Shown piece by piece: positions 8,429 through 16,800 of a stretch of DNA of 32,000 bases (the first letter of the stretch is position 1; the number at the start of each line of letters is the position of its first letter). The notes beneath the pieces are model-generated. The model searched no databases, was not told the DNA's origin, and saw only the letters and a program-made list of their open reading frames with translations. The stretch is from Candidatus Iainarchaeum sp. Lineage in GTDB: Archaea > Iainarchaeota > Iainarchaeia > Iainarchaeales > JAZDEL01. The stretch is taken from the NCBI GenBank assembly GCA_043808785.1, contig JAZDEL010000002.1, positions 180,001 to 212,000 of the forward strand. Reading direction: 5' to 3'. The position numbers and the translations under genes were made by a program.

Positions 8429-9952
8429 ATGGTTGCAAAGGCAAAGAAGTTTTACATAACAACAGCCATAGACTACCCGAGCGGCTCGCCTCATCTGGGG
8501 CACGCCTATGAAAAGGTGTGCGCGGACGCGATTGCGCGCTGGCACCGCCTTTTGGGGGAAGACGTGTTTTTCCTCACGGGAACCGATGAGCACGGGCTGA
8601 AAATTCAGCGCGCCGCGGAACGCGCGGGGATGAAGCCCAAAGAATTCGTGGATATGCAGGTAAAGGCGTTCCAGAAACTCTGCGCCGCGTGGAACATTTC
8701 CAACAGCCGCTTTATCCGCACAACCGATGCGGACCACGAAAAAACAGCGCAGGATTTGTTCTCACGCGTTGTGAAAAAGGGCGACATTTACAGGGGCGAA
8801 TATGAGGGCCTTTACTGCGCGGAGTGCGAGAACTTTTACCTCACGCGCGAGTTGGAGGAAGGGAACTGCCCCGTGCACAAGAAGAAGTGCGAGGTTGTGA
8901 GGGAGGAGAGTTACTTTTTTAAGATGGGGAATTATTATCCGCAGCTACTGGAACTTTACAAAAAAAACAAAACCTTCGTGCTCCCTGCGGGCAAAAAGTT
9001 AGAGATGGAAAACAGGCTCAAGGAGGGTTTGAAGGACCTGAGCGTTTCCCGCTCCTCGCTCAAATGGGGCGTGCCCCTTCCGAACGACAAAAAACACACG
9101 ATGTATGTGTGGTTCGATGCGCTGACGAATTACGTTTCAGGCGCGAGGGTAGGGGCAAAGGCGGGCGCAAAGGGCAAGAACGGCGGAAAGGCAAAGAATT
9201 ACTGGCCCGCCGATATTCACATAATCGGCAAGGACATTTTGTGGTTCCACTCCGTGATATGGCCGACGATGCTTTTTGCAGGCGGAATCGAGCCCCCGAA
9301 AATGGTTTTCGTCCACGGCTTCATAAACACCGAGAGCGGGGAGAAAATGAGCAAGAGCGGGGGAACAGTTATCGACCCCCTCGCGCTCGCGGAAAAGTAT
9401 CCTGTCGATGCCCTGCGCTATTTCCTCCTCCGTGAACTCCCCTTCGGCGAGGACGGCAACTTCTCGGAGGCGGAACTTGCGAAGCGCATAAACAACGAGC
9501 TCGCAAACGAACTCGGCAACCTGCTGAACCGCACATTGGTTATGCTCGGGAAATACCGCGGGGGAAAGGTGCCGAAAGGAAGCACAGATGCGGGTTTGCA
9601 GAAGGAACTGGAACTCGCCAAAATAGAGGCGCACATGCAGGCACTCGAACTTCACCTTGCCCTCGGGGAAATTTTCGCGTTCGTGAAGTCGTGCAACGCA
9701 TTCATAAATGAGAAAGAGCCCTGGAAACTCGCGGGCAAGGATGAGAATGCTCTGGACAACGTGCTCTACTCCCTCGCTGATTCGCTGCGCATAATTTCAA
9801 TCCTGCTTTCCGCGTTCATGCCGGAAGCAAGCGAGAAAATAAATTCTCAGCTGGGGGTTAAGGCAGGCACGCTCGCTGACTGCAAATTCGGCCTGCTTAA
9901 GGCGGGAACGAAAGTGAAAAAGGGAGCGGTGCTTTTCGCAAAAATAGCCTGA
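8429..9952 (+). CDS. metG: Methionyl-tRNA synthetase (no C-terminal tRNA-binding appendage)
   Basis: HIGH motif (SPHLGHAYE), KMSKS, and Zn knuckle CAECENF...CPVHKKKC. The start is taken at ATG 8429 (MVAKAKKFYITT). The upstream part of the track ORF overlaps the preceding gene. Confidence 0.93.
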   Translation: MVAKAKKFYITTAIDYPSGSPHLGHAYEKVCADAIARWHRLLGEDVFFLTGTDEHGLKIQRAAERAGMKPKEFVDMQVKAFQKLCAAWNISNSRFIRTTDADHEKTAQDLFSRVVKKGDIYRGEYEGLYCAECENFYLTRELEEGNCPVHKKKCEVVREESYFFKMGNYYPQLLELYKKNKTFVLPAGKKLEMENRLKEGLKDLSVSRSSLKWGVPLPNDKKHTMYVWFDALTNYVSGARVGAKAGAKGKNGGKAKNYWPADIHIIGKDILWFHSVIWPTMLFAGGIEPPKMVFVHGFINTESGEKMSKSGGTVIDPLALAEKYPVDALRYFLLRELPFGEDGNFSEAELAKRINNELANELGNLLNRTLVMLGKYRGGKVPKGSTDAGLQKELELAKIEAHMQALELHLALGEIFAFVKSCNAFINEKEPWKLAGKDENALDNVLYSLADSLRIISILLSAFMPEASEKINSQLGVKAGTLADCKFGLLKAGTKVKKGAVLFAKIA

Positions 9953-9954
9953 AC

Positions 9955-11247
9955 TCATTCCGCGTAAATCAGCACTTCGGTCATGTTAGTTATCCTGATG
10001 TCCCCTGTCGGAACCTCGGGCCTGTAGGCAAGCGAAAGCCCGCATGCGCGGAACATGCATTCGTCGGATTTTCCGTCGCCGACAGCAATGCACTCCTCGG
10101 GCTTCACCTTGAGCCTCCTCATCAGTTCCTTTGCCGCGTCTGATTTGCATATTATCTTGTCGCAACACGCCGAGTTGTACCTTGTTTTAGCGATAACCTC
10201 CCCGGTATACCTGCCGTTCTTGTCCGCCACAAGCACGGGGCATATCACGTTTTCCCCGCTTATGTCAAGCATTTCCGCAAAGAACTCGACAACAGGGGAA
10301 AATGCGATGGAAATTATGCCGAGTTCGTACTGCCTCTTCTTCAGCCACTCCACGACCTGCGGCATGTTCTTTGTCAGGCGCATCTGCCTGCATGCCCTCT
10401 CGAAATCCCTCTTTGTCCTGCCCTTCATCAGCCGCGCCATTTCAAGCGTTATGTTGTAGTCCTTTATCTTCCCCGCCTTATAGTCCGCGCGCAATTCCCC
10501 AAGTTCCTTCTCCAGCCCGAACTCCCTTGCAACAATCTCTATGCTGCTGTCACTTATTATCGTCTTGTCGAAATCGAACACTATCAGCTTGTGCTTGTTC
10601 GCTATTATCCCTATCTCCGAAAGTATGGACTTAATGACCTGTTCAGACATCACGGTAAGGTTCTCTATGGGCTGTTTCTTGTGCACAAGCGCCCCTATGT
10701 CCACTTCCGAAATCCTCACGCCCTTCTTTACCATCTGGAAAAGTATCTGTATATCCACGCCCCACTTGTCGTCTATTTTCAGTTCGCCGACAAGTTCCCT
10801 CTTTATCGCGAACTGCCCGCTCAGCGGCTGGCTGAAGTTCATGAACGGGAACACCACATGCAGGAGCGGCTTAACCACAAGCTCTGTTACGCGCCCCCTC
10901 GCCCTTGAGAACGACGCCTTTACGAAATCCGCCTCGTCCTCCCTTATGGGCTGTATCATCGCGGTTATCTTTTTCGGGGTTATGGAATACAGGTCCGCGT
11001 CAAGGAAAAGTATCACGTCGCCGGTTGACTGCGCAAAGCCTGTTTTTATCGCCGCACCCTTTCCCTTATTTGTGCCGTGCCTTACTACTTTCACTCTCTC
11101 CGCCTTCGCCCTCTGCGCGGTGCGGTCGGTGCTGCCGTCGTCGACAACTATGATTTCATCTATGCTTTTTACCTTTTTGACGCTGCGCAGCACGCCCCTT
11201 ATCGTGGACTCTTCATTGAATGCAGGAATGACACAACTTATTTTCAT
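9955..11247 (-). CDS. Fusion protein: GpgS-like (GT81/GT2) glycosyltransferase plus SerB-like HAD phosphatase
   Basis: N-terminal half: VIPAFNEE, VVDDGSTDRT, DADL, GRVTELVVKPLL and QPLSGQFA, recalled as glucosyl-3-phosphoglycerate synthase signatures. C-terminal half: FDFDKTII (DxDxT) and GDGKSDECM (HAD motif IV). The ATG at 11247 is about 27 nt from the TATA CTTTATAA at 11271-11278. Confidence 0.8.
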   Translation of the reverse strand: MKISCVIPAFNEESTIRGVLRSVKKVKSIDEIIVVDDGSTDRTAQRAKAERVKVVRHGTNKGKGAAIKTGFAQSTGDVILFLDADLYSITPKKITAMIQPIREDEADFVKASFSRARGRVTELVVKPLLHVVFPFMNFSQPLSGQFAIKRELVGELKIDDKWGVDIQILFQMVKKGVRISEVDIGALVHKKQPIENLTVMSEQVIKSILSEIGIIANKHKLIVFDFDKTIISDSSIEIVAREFGLEKELGELRADYKAGKIKDYNITLEMARLMKGRTKRDFERACRQMRLTKNMPQVVEWLKKRQYELGIISIAFSPVVEFFAEMLDISGENVICPVLVADKNGRYTGEVIAKTRYNSACCDKIICKSDAAKELMRRLKVKPEECIAVGDGKSDECMFRACGLSLAYRPEVPTGDIRITNMTEVLIYAE

Positions 11248-11376
11248 CAGAGTGTTTATGTACGGCAAGCCTTTATAACTCTTGCCGGAACCTGGGGCAA
11301 AAACGAATTTTCGGGGATTTTTTGCGGAAAAACCGCGGGTTCGCGCGCCACCTGCGCGGCAGAACCCGTGCAGCTC

Positions 11377-11772
11377 CTATTTCTTCCTGATTACCTTTAT
11401 CTTGTCCCCGTACTGGTGGTACTCGACTTCTGAGCCGGAGGCAAGCCCGCTTATGTCCGCCGGCTTAGGGAGGTTGTAAGTGGCGTAATTCTCCATATCC
11501 ATTATCTGCAGCGTGTCGCCCATTACCGCAACAACCTGGCCGCTGCCCTTCTTTATTATCGGCACCTCCACATCGTCCCCGGTGGGCTTGAGGATGGTTT
11601 TCTTTCCCTCCCCGAAAATCCCGATTGCGGTGATGCGCACCTTTGCAGCGCCGTGCTTTCCCGGCTTTGATTTTTCAATCATCCTTATCTGGCAGACAGC
11701 GCCGTCCGCAAGGACATATCCGCCCTCCTTTACCTGCCCCGCCTTGACAAACTTCTTCTCTATTTCAGCCAT
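11377..11772 (-). CDS. eif5a: Translation initiation factor 5A (aIF5A)
   Basis: 131 aa with the hypusine-loop motif SKPGKHGAAK and an N-terminal SH3-like plus C-terminal OB pattern. Confidence 0.93.
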   Translation of the reverse strand: MAEIEKKFVKAGQVKEGGYVLADGAVCQIRMIEKSKPGKHGAAKVRITAIGIFGEGKKTILKPTGDDVEVPIIKKGSGQVVAVMGDTLQIMDMENYATYNLPKPADISGLASGSEVEYHQYGDKIKVIRKK

Positions 11773-11953
11773 TCTCCCACGCCCCCATGAAAATCAAAAG
11801 AAACCTGAAATAAGAAAGTGGCTTGTGTTTTTATTTGTTGCGGCGCGGAGGGATCCGCGCGTGATCCGGGCTGCTTCGCCTTGGGGCTCAGCAGGCCTAG
11901 CCTGCGGACCTGCAGAATGGCAGGTTTATTAAGGCGCGGGGCGTTTTTATTTC

Positions 11954-12790
11954 ATGCGCGTTAAGGAAATCCCGTGGAAACTGAAATCCGCCGTTAATCT
12001 TTTTAAGAGCCCTGTGTGGGATTTTGATTCCAAGGGAACAAAGCGCAGATATGTCGCAAAGGTGCTTTACAGGAGAGGCCTGCGCAACCTTGGCATAAGG
12101 AAGAAAGGCCTCTTCAAATTCAAGCCTCTCATGAAAATAAACGGCAGGCAGATAAAGCTCTGGCTCAGGGACAACGGGCATGACCTGGAGGTTGCGAACG
12201 AGATTTTCGGCAGGAAGCAGTACAAAATCAGGCGAGGAATCGGCATAAAATCCGCCCTTGACCTGGGCGCAAACTTTGGCGGTTCGGCGCTGTTTTTTGC
12301 ATCGGAATTTCCTAGTGCAAGGCTTGAACTCTGCGAGCCCGTTGCCGCAAACCGCGAGCTGGCTGAGCGCAACCTCAGGGCAAACAACGTAAGTGCGGAA
12401 ATTCACGAATTCGCCACAGGAAGCAAAAACGGCACAGGCCTGCTTTACCTCGGGGAAAACCCGGGTTCGCATTCAATTTACAAAAACAAAGAGACTAAGC
12501 GCGGCACCGAACGCGTGCACATGGCAACCCTGGACTCTCTTGGCAAAAAATTCGATTTAATAAAGTTCGACATCGAGGGCGCGGAGTACGACCTCATAAA
12601 GGGCGGCGCAAAAACGCTCATGAATGCCAAATGCCTTGCAGGGGAGATTCACTGGGACGTGCTCGGCCAAAAGAAAGCGGGGGAAGTGCTGATGTGGCTG
12701 TCCGAAAGGTTCGATGTTGAAATCCGCACAGGCCCGCCGCTGGTTAATTTCGTCGCCTACAACAAGGACCTTAAAGTCATGGCGCGCTAG
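11954..12790 (+). CDS. FkbM-family SAM-dependent methyltransferase
   Basis: LDLGANFGGSALFFA (SAM-binding loop) and IKFDIEGAEYDLI, both typical of the FkbM family. TTTATTAA lies about 25 nt upstream of the ATG. Confidence 0.75.
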   Translation: MRVKEIPWKLKSAVNLFKSPVWDFDSKGTKRRYVAKVLYRRGLRNLGIRKKGLFKFKPLMKINGRQIKLWLRDNGHDLEVANEIFGRKQYKIRRGIGIKSALDLGANFGGSALFFASEFPSARLELCEPVAANRELAERNLRANNVSAEIHEFATGSKNGTGLLYLGENPGSHSIYKNKETKRGTERVHMATLDSLGKKFDLIKFDIEGAEYDLIKGGAKTLMNAKCLAGEIHWDVLGQKKAGEVLMWLSERFDVEIRTGPPLVNFVAYNKDLKVMAR

Positions 12791-13250
12791 GTGCTTTTTT
12801 GTTTCTTTCCGAACCGCCGTTCTTCTCAGCCTTCGCAAGCAGCGCATCAGCCAAATCCAGAAACTTCCTCGCGTCCTTTATGGCCTCTTCCGCGTCCTCT
12901 TTCGAGCAGCCAGCCCCCGAGTATTGGATTGCATGCCTTGATATGCGGTATGCATCAAGCGCCTCAATAAGCCTTGCCAGTTCCTTTTCCTTTCCGTATA
13001 TTTCCTTCAGCGCAATCACAACCGCCTTATGGCTACGCTCCTTGCAGCCGTTTTTGAAAAGCAGCGCCCTCGCAGCATGGAACATCGACTGGTATGCAAG
13101 GCTCAGGGCAATGTCATAATATTCGATTTTCTCGTTTCCTTTTGCCTTTTCCAGAAACCGCTCCGAGAGTGCGAGCGAACCGTCTATTTCCCGCCTTCCG
13201 GGCAGGCACCTGATTAAATGCCCCTTTTCGACAAGTTCCGAAATTTTCAT
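12777..13250 (-). CDS. HEPN domain protein (toxin partner of MNT)
   Basis: 157-aa all-helical pattern (AARALLFKNG...SH...LDAYRISRHAIQY). There is a 4-nt ATGA overlap with the upstream nucleotidyltransferase gene. Confidence 0.75.
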   Translation of the reverse strand: MKISELVEKGHLIRCLPGRREIDGSLALSERFLEKAKGNEKIEYYDIALSLAYQSMFHAARALLFKNGCKERSHKAVVIALKEIYGKEKELARLIEALDAYRISRHAIQYSGAGCSKEDAEEAIKDARKFLDLADALLAKAEKNGGSERNKKAPSAP

Positions 13251-13792
13251 AGAGGCTCACCAGCAAGCATTATGCTGTTTCCGATAACCGCAAACGCAAA
13301 GTGGTCGTTTTTTTCAAGCAGCCTTTTCCATTCGGCAAGGGTGAAAACCTGAATAGCCGCCTCCTTGCCTGTTTTTTCCTCGAGCCTTTGCAGCGCCTTC
13401 AGCCCCGGCTTTTTGTCCTGGCTTATTGCTATAAGGTCTATGTCGCTTTTCATATCATAGGTTCCCTTCGCATGGCTGCCGTAAAGCGCCAGCTTTGCCG
13501 TGTGAGGGTTCTCCTTCAGGAATTCCGCCGCAAAATTGCCGATTTTCGATATGAACAGGGCTTTCCTCAGTTCGAGCGAGAGCGGGCTCTCCCTTAGCCT
13601 GTAGCCCATTGTGTTTGCGGTTTTTTCCCTTTCCAGCATTCCCTGCCTTTCGTACTCGGTCAGGTATGTCTGCGCCGTTCCCGGGCTTATTTTGAGTTTT
13701 TTCGCCAGCCCGTTCACATGAATCCTTGTGCCGTTTTCGAGGAAGAACTCCAGCACAAGCCAGCCCTTGAACCTTTTCCAGTTGCTGAACAT
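13247..13792 (-). CDS. Minimal nucleotidyltransferase (MNT) with N-terminal wHTH
   Basis: GSHAKGTYDMKSDIDL matches the GSxxxGxxxxxSDxD motif of pol-beta-type NTases. The N-terminus looks like an HTH (LAKKLKISPGTAQTYL). ATG 13792 is preferred; the track start at 13816 is a TTG. Confidence 0.8.
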   Translation of the reverse strand: MFSNWKRFKGWLVLEFFLENGTRIHVNGLAKKLKISPGTAQTYLTEYERQGMLEREKTANTMGYRLRESPLSLELRKALFISKIGNFAAEFLKENPHTAKLALYGSHAKGTYDMKSDIDLIAISQDKKPGLKALQRLEEKTGKEAAIQVFTLAEWKRLLEKNDHFAFAVIGNSIMLAGEPL

Positions 13793-13795
13793 ATG

Positions 13796-13835
13796 ATATA
13801 TAAAATAATCATTCAATATATAAAATAATCGTTCG
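13796..13835 (-). promoter_or_regulatory. Tandem 20-bp duplication carrying two TATA boxes upstream of the MNT-HEPN operon
   Basis: ATATATAAAATAATCATTCA / ATATATAAAATAATCGTTCG, 18 of 20 identical. The distal TTTTATATAT (minus strand) is centred about 28 nt from ATG 13792. Confidence 0.6.
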
Positions 13836-13991
13836 TTTTATTGAATGGTTGCAACCCCAAAAAAACCAACGCCGCGCGCGTTGTTTTTGTTTTTGGTTTT
13901 TTGCGCCCCGCATTTGCCCGCGGCCGCAAACCCGCAAAAACGCCCGCCCGCGCTAACTTAATATACTTTTGCAGTAACTATATGTGTTAAT

Positions 13992-14465
13992 ATGCCCCCC
14001 GTGAACGTTATAGACAGGGTTAAGGAAACCATTGCAAAGGCATCCAAGCCGAAGCCGAAGCACAACATTGCCGTGTTCATAGACGGCCCGAACATACTGC
14101 GCAAGGAGCTCGGCATCGACCTTAAAGAAGTAAAGGAACTCATAGGAAAGTTCGGCACAATAAAAATAGGCAAGGTTTTCCTGAACCAGTACGCGAACAA
14201 CAAGCTGATTGAGGCGGTTGTCAACCAGGGTTTTGAAAGCATCATAACCGTGGGGGACATAGATGTAAGCATGGCCGCCGACGCTGTGGAGGCGGTTTAC
14301 AACCCCTCGATAAACGCAATCGCTTTCGTAACAAGGGACAGCGATTTTTTGCCCGCAATCGTGAAGGCGAAGCGCGCGGGGAAGGAAACGATTGTCGTGC
14401 TTGCCGAGGAGGCAAGTTCCGCTGCGCTGAAGAACAATGCGGACCACGTGATTGTGCTTAAATGA
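13992..14465 (+). CDS. NYN/LabA-like (PIN-related) domain protein
   Basis: IAVFIDGPNI near the N-terminus and AFVTRDSDFLPAIVKAKRAGKETIVV, as in the COG1432/NYN family. TTAATATA lies about 30 nt upstream of the ATG. Confidence 0.75.
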   Translation: MPPVNVIDRVKETIAKASKPKPKHNIAVFIDGPNILRKELGIDLKEVKELIGKFGTIKIGKVFLNQYANNKLIEAVVNQGFESIITVGDIDVSMAADAVEAVYNPSINAIAFVTRDSDFLPAIVKAKRAGKETIVVLAEEASSAALKNNADHVIVLK

Positions 14466-14977
14466 TTAATTGTGACGTGATAGTTATGAACCTGCCCGTC
14501 GGGGAGCCTGTTGCGGAGGAAGTGAGCCTGCGCGAGTTTGACGCGGCAGGAATAATAAACTCACTTTTCGAGCGCGCCTTCTCGGGCTATGTCGTGGTTA
14601 CAATAGACGGCTTCGACGGCATGGAGGAGGGCGTGCTCATATTCAGGAAGGGCATGCTTGTCGCGTCCTTTTACGAATACCTGAACTACGACATCACGGT
14701 TTTCGGCGAGCCAGCGCTTGTGCAGGCGTTCAACGCATTTGCCGCGGATTTCGGCGCGGTGGACATTTACAACCTCAGCAACCAGCAGATTGAGCTCGTG
14801 ACGGCGTTCAACGACAAGATTGCCCTGCCAAAGCCGCTGCTGAAGAACGAGGCAGGCAGGATGTACGTAAAGGAGTTCACCGGCCAGTACGCGAAGCAGG
14901 TGCTTTCCGAAGTGCTGAAAACGCACGAAAGCCGTGAATCGGTGTTCAAGAAGTTCGGCCTCAGCGGCCTGGGGTAA
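14462..14977 (+). CDS. Hypothetical protein, DUF4388/PATAN-like pattern
   Basis: ATGA overlap with the NYN gene. The core FSGYVVVTIDG..GVLIFRKGMLVASFY..GEPALVQAF..GAVDIYNL resembles the tG.L.v....G.i.f..G.iv.A...G..Al pattern. This is assigned by eye only. Confidence 0.55.
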   Translation: MINCDVIVMNLPVGEPVAEEVSLREFDAAGIINSLFERAFSGYVVVTIDGFDGMEEGVLIFRKGMLVASFYEYLNYDITVFGEPALVQAFNAFAADFGAVDIYNLSNQQIELVTAFNDKIALPKPLLKNEAGRMYVKEFTGQYAKQVLSEVLKTHESRESVFKKFGLSGLG

Positions 14978-15136
14978 TGCTTTAAATTCTGAACCGCACT
15001 AGAATGTTTTAAGGGATTGGGTTTTAGTTTTCGGTTCGGGTGGAGATTGCGGAAAATAGGGTTTTAGGCAAGGGTTGGGGCACAATGGCGGGAACCATTG
15101 CGGCAGTTGTGTGTATTTTTGTATGGCGGCAATGGC

Positions 15137-15628
15137 ATGGCTAAAATGAGGCGCGTAAGGAGACTGCTCCAGAGGCTCGTGAACGGCATACTTGCATATG
15201 ACGAAACCACTGTCCCCAAGGAGCAGCTGGATTTCCTCTACAATTACACCTCGAAGTTCGATTTTAACGCCGAGGTAAAGGAGCTCAACGCCCTTGTGAA
15301 AACGCTGAAGAAAAAGCACATGGTGGACAGCATCTGCGTCTCATACGGCAACGGCACCTGCCTTATCTCGAGCAACGGCAACGGCATGAACGAGGCCGTT
15401 ACCGGCACGGCGCTCTTCAATTACATCTCCTCGGAAATACCGAGGAGCGAGGCAGTGCTGATAAAGGGCGAGGATGACTGGTACATGATAATGCCCTTCA
15501 GGGACAAGATTTACATAATCCGCGCGGGCTCGAACCTTGCTTCCGTTGAGATGAAGGCCATTGCAAAGGATGTCGAGATTTTCCTCGATTCAAGGAATAG
15601 CGCAAAGCTGGCGGGGGACGTGCAATAA
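15137..15628 (+). CDS. Hypothetical protein with Roadblock/LC7 (MglB)-like C-terminal half
   Basis: VDSICVSYGNGTCLISS..NEAVTGTALFNYISSEI..EAVLIKGEDDWYMIMPFRDKIYIIRAGSN fits the Roadblock alpha-beta pattern. ATG 15137 is preferred over the TTG at 15098. Confidence 0.55.
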   Translation: MAKMRRVRRLLQRLVNGILAYDETTVPKEQLDFLYNYTSKFDFNAEVKELNALVKTLKKKHMVDSICVSYGNGTCLISSNGNGMNEAVTGTALFNYISSEIPRSEAVLIKGEDDWYMIMPFRDKIYIIRAGSNLASVEMKAIAKDVEIFLDSRNSAKLAGDVQ

Positions 15629-15718
15629 TGCCCGGTACCGCGGGCGGAAGTAAAGCTTATTAACATGTAACGCCCCCATTATAATGAATTCCAATTCAGT
15701 GAACCTTAAGTTCCCGTT

Positions 15719-16558
15719 TTGGTGGTTTTTTTGGGAAGGGTAATAACGCTTCTTTCTGGCAAGGGCGGTGTGGGAAAAACAAGCATCACCGCCAACCTCG
15801 GGATTGCGCTTGCAAAGCGCAACCTAAAGGTCTGCGTTGTAGACGCGGACATAGCCATGGCAAACCTTTCCCTGCTTTTGAATATGCAGTCCTCGCCCAT
15901 AACCCTGCACGACGTTTTTCTTGGCGAAGCGACAATACAGGACGCGATTTACGACGGCCCCGCGGGCGTGAAGGTCGTTCCCTCCGGGCTGAGCATAGAT
16001 ACCTACAGGCGCGTGGATGCGGAAAGGATACAGAGCATTGTGGAAAGCATTTCAAGGCAGTTCGATTTCGTGCTTCTTGACGCCCCTGCGGGGATTGAGA
16101 AGAACGTCCTTGCCGCAATAAGCGCTGCCGAGGAAGTCCTGCTTATAACAACGCCGGATGCGCCGAGCATTGCGGATGTGCTCAAGGCAAAGATAACCGC
16201 CCAGCGTTTGGGGGTTAGGCCAATAGGGGTTGTTGTTAACTTCATGCGCGGCGAGCGCGGGGAAATATCGCCGGACGACATAATGAAGATGCTGGAACTT
16301 CCGATTTACGGCCTTATCCCCTACGATCCGGAAATAAGGTACAGTTTTATGCAGTCCAGGGTTTCGCCCGTGATTGTCAGGACACCGGGGAGCAAGGGCT
16401 CGATTGCGATACAGAAACTTGCGGCAAAGCTTGCGGGCATTCCCGTTAAGTTTGATGCCCCCGAATCCGCGCCCGCGGAGCGCAAGGGCATTTTCTCGGG
16501 TTTCATAGGGAAGATTAAGGGGATTTTTGGCGGGAAAAACCGGCAAGAGGCTCAGTAA
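15719..16558 (+). CDS. minD: Archaeal MinD-type ParA/MinD family ATPase with C-terminal amphipathic helix
   Basis: Deviant Walker A LLSGKGGVGKTS, Walker B FVLLDAPAG, and C-terminal GIFSGFIGKIKGIFGG. The start is uncertain: TTG 15719, GTG 15722, or TTG 15731 giving MGRVITLLSGKGG. Confidence 0.88.
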   Translation: MVVFLGRVITLLSGKGGVGKTSITANLGIALAKRNLKVCVVDADIAMANLSLLLNMQSSPITLHDVFLGEATIQDAIYDGPAGVKVVPSGLSIDTYRRVDAERIQSIVESISRQFDFVLLDAPAGIEKNVLAAISAAEEVLLITTPDAPSIADVLKAKITAQRLGVRPIGVVVNFMRGERGEISPDDIMKMLELPIYGLIPYDPEIRYSFMQSRVSPVIVRTPGSKGSIAIQKLAAKLAGIPVKFDAPESAPAERKGIFSGFIGKIKGIFGGKNRQEAQ

Positions 16559-16572
16559 TAGGAGGTAATTCA

Positions 16573-16791
16573 ATGACAAACAGGCCATTCGATCTGCTGA
16601 ACGACTCCATAGGCAAGGATGTTTTAGTCCTGCTTAAGGGAAAAATGAACATCCGCGGAACCCTGAAGGCGTTCGACGTGCACATGAACCTTGTGCTTGA
16701 AAATGCGGAGCACCTCGAGGATGGCGTTCCCAAAACAAAGTACGGAAAGCTGATACTGCGCGGGGACAATGTTCTTTTAATCTCGCCGTAG
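16573..16791 (+). CDS. Sm-like archaeal protein (SmAP/LSm)
   Basis: 72 aa with Sm1/Sm2 motifs (VLVLLKGKMNIRGTLKAFDVHMNLVL...LILRGDNVLLISP). A GGAGGT RBS lies 7 nt upstream. Confidence 0.92.
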   Translation: MTNRPFDLLNDSIGKDVLVLLKGKMNIRGTLKAFDVHMNLVLENAEHLEDGVPKTKYGKLILRGDNVLLISP

Positions 16792-16800
16792 TGCGCGGGT

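Noticed and set aside
11897-12472. 191-aa minus-strand ORF overlapping the FkbM methyltransferase gene. Similar shadows lie at 13953-14447, 16052-16588, 9137-9655, 10541-11278, 3793-4474 and 1114-1749.
   Set aside because: In each case the opposite strand carries a gene with clear family motifs. These ORFs have none and are typical of GC-rich DNA with few stop codons.
15013-15092. Cluster of GGG tracts (GGGATTGGG...GGG...GGGTTTTAGGCAAGGGTTGGGGCACAATGGCGGG) and a duplicated GGGTTTTAG: possible G-quadruplex
   Set aside because: The loops are long and irregular (up to 10-18 nt). With only one such cluster, it is more simply the promoter/leader region of the Roadblock-like gene. I noted it but do not find it compelling.
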